Assembly: GCA_964016885.1 (NCBI GenBank)
Contig: OZ024741.1
Span: 403,000,001-403,064,000, forward strand
Source of the DNA: Eledone cirrhosa
Taxonomy: Eukaryota
DNA length: 64,000 nt
Direction of reading: 5' to 3'
Below are positions 61,501 to 64,000 of the stretch, one piece after another. Each line of letters starts with the position of its first letter. The first letter of the stretch is position 1. The position numbers and the translations under genes are program-made. Under the pieces are notes generated by a model that was not told where the DNA came from, made no database searches, and saw only the letters and a program-made list of their open reading frames with translations.

Positions 61501-64000
61501 TTCCACAACAGTCTCTCTATATTCTCAGCTACTGCCAGAGTTAACTTCCACTACAGTCTCTCTATATTCTCAGTTACTGCCAGAGTTAACTTCCACTACA
61601 GTCTCTCTATATTCACAGTTACTCGCAGACATAACTTCCACTACAGTCTCTGTATATTCTCAGTTACTGCCAGACATCACTTCCACTACAGTCTCTCTAT
61701 ATTCTCAGTTACTGCCAGAGTTAACTTCCACTACAGTGTCTCTATATTCCCAGTTACTGCCAGACATAACTTCCACTACAGTCTCTCTATATTCTCAGTT
61801 ACTGCCAGAGTTAACTTCCACAACAGTGTCTCTATATTCCCAGTTACTGCCAGACATAACTTCCACTACAGTCTCTCTATATTCTCAGTTACTGCCAGAC
61901 ATCACTTCCACTACAGTCTCTCTATATTCTCAGTTACTGCCAGAGTTAACTTCCACTACAGTCTCTCTATATTCTCAGTTACTGGCAGACATAACTTCCA
62001 CTACAGTCTCTCTATATTCTCAGCTACTGCCAGAGTTAACTTCCACTACAGTCTCTCTATATTCCCAGTTACTGGCAGACATAACTTCCACTACAGTCTC
62101 TCTATATTCTCAGTTACTGCCAGACATAACTTCCACTACAGTCTCTCTACATTCTCAGTTACTGCCAGTGTTAACTTCCACTACAGTCTCTCTATATTCT
62201 CAGTTACTGCCACAGTTAAATTCCACTACAGTCTCTCTATATTCTCAGTTACTGCCAGAGTTAACTTTCACTACAGTCTCTCTATATTCTCAGTTACTGG
62301 CAGACATAACTTCCACTACAGTCTCTCTATATTCCCAGTTACTGCCAGACATAACTTCCACTACAGTCTCTGTATATTCTCAGTTACTGCCAGACATCAC
62401 TTCCACTACAGTCTCTCTATATTCTCAGTTACTGCCAGAGTTAACTTCCACTACAATGTCTCTATATTCCCAGTTACTGCCAGACATAACTTCCACTCCA
62501 GTCTCTCTATATTCTCAGTTACTGCCAGAGTTAACTTCCACAACAGTGTCTCTATATTCCCAGTTACTGCCAGACATAACTTCCACTACAGTCTCTCTAT
62601 ATTCTCAGTTACTGCCAGAGTTAACTTCCACTACAGTCTCTCTATATTCTCAGTTACTGCCAGACATCACTTCCACTACAGTCTCTCTATATTCTCAGTT
62701 ACTGCCAGAGTTAACTTCCACTACAGTCTCTCTATATTCTCAGTTAATGGCAGACATAACTTCCACAAGAGTCTCTCTATATTCTCAGTTACTGCCAGAC
62801 ATAACTACCACTACAGTCTCTCTATATTCCCAGTTACAGCCAGACATAACTTCCACTACAGTCTCTCTATATTCTCAGCTACTGCCAGAGTTAACTTCCA
62901 CTACTGTCTCTCTATATTCCCAGTTACTGGCAGACATAACTTCCACTACAGTCTCTCTATATTCTCAGTTACTGCCAGAGTTAACTTCCACTACAGTCTC
63001 TATATATTCCCAGTTACTGCCAGACATCACTTCCACTACAGTCTCTCTATATTCTCAGTTACTGGCAGACATCACTTCCACTACAGTCTCTCTATATTCT
63101 CAGTTACTGGCAGACATCACTTCAACTACAGTCTCTCTATATTCTCAGTTACTACCAGACATCACTTCCACTACAGTCTCTCTATATTCTCTCAGTTACT
63201 GACAGACATCACTTCCACTACAGTCTCTCTATATTCTCAGTTACTGCCAGACAAAACTTCCACTACAGTCTCTCTATATTCTCAGTTACTGCCAGACATC
63301 ACTTCCACTACATTCTCTCTATATTCTCAGTTACTGCCAGACATAACTTCCACTACAGTCTCTCTATATTCCCAGTTACTGGCAGAGTTAACTTCCACTA
63401 CAGTCTCTCTATATTCTCAGTTACTGGCATACATAACTTCCACTACAGTCTCTCTATATTCTCAGTTACTGGCAGAGTTATCTTCCACTACAGTCTCTCT
63501 ATATTCTCAGTTACTGGCATACATAACTTCCACTACAGTCTCTCTATATTCTCAGTTACTGGCAGACATAACTTCCACTACAGTCTCTCTATATTCTCAG
63601 TTACTGCCAGAGTTAACTTCCACTACATTCTCTCTATATTCTCAGTTACTGCCTGACATCACTTCCACTACATTCTCTTTATATTCTCAGTTACTGCCAG
63701 AGTTAACTTCCACAAAAGTGTCTCTATATTCTCAGTTACTGCCAGACATCACTTCCACTACAGTCTCTCTATATTCTCAGTTACTGCCAGAGTTAACTTC
63801 CACTACAGTGTCTCTATATTCCCAGTTACTGCCAGACATAACTTCCACTACAGTCTCTCTATATTCTCAGTTACTGCCAGAGTTAACTTCCACAACAGTG
63901 TCTCTATATTCCCAGTTACTGCCAGACATAACTTCCACTACAGTCTCTCTATATTCTCAGTTACTGCCAGACATAACTACCACTACAGTCTCTCTATATT
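43545..64000. repeat. 45-bp satellite array, >20 kb (~450 units), running off the window end
   Basis: Unit ctcagttactgccagacataacttccactacagtctctctatatt with recurrent variants (gacata/gacatc/gagtta; gcc/ggc). Confidence 0.98.

Noticed and set aside
44073-63202. Mucin-like SQLLPDITSTTVSLY repeat protein
   Set aside because: 45-bp satellite with scattered stops and frameshifting units, and no unique termini or signal peptide.

Overview
Eukaryotic, AT-rich, repeat-dominated genomic DNA. The SINE families, dense microsatellites and RTE LINEs look like an octopus or other cephalopod (inference). No complete host gene is supported; there are one or two candidate exons. The first 13 kb is a Penelope-like element (PLE) zone. 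It holds a 5'-truncated PLE (RT plus Cys-rich linker plus GIY-YIG) split by a single -1 frameshift at a C_CCU_UUA heptamer and bounded by a 35-bp inverted repeat. It also holds a second, different GIY-YIG remnant on the minus strand that the ORF track misses, three recognisable minimal hammerhead ribozyme cores plus degenerate ones, and several inverted duplications. Also present: a non-autonomous LTR element whose tRNA-Trp primer site extends to about 35 nt, Tc1/mariner MITEs, a non-autonomous Helitron, a near-full-length RTE LINE with a PHD-type finger downstream of the YADD motif plus several RTE fragments, a CR1 3' fragment, tRNA-derived SINEs, and large tandem arrays (about 41-47 bp, GGT/GAT, about 60 bp, 42 bp, 23 bp, and a >20 kb 45-bp satellite). 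Most long ORFs in the track are artefacts of these repeats.
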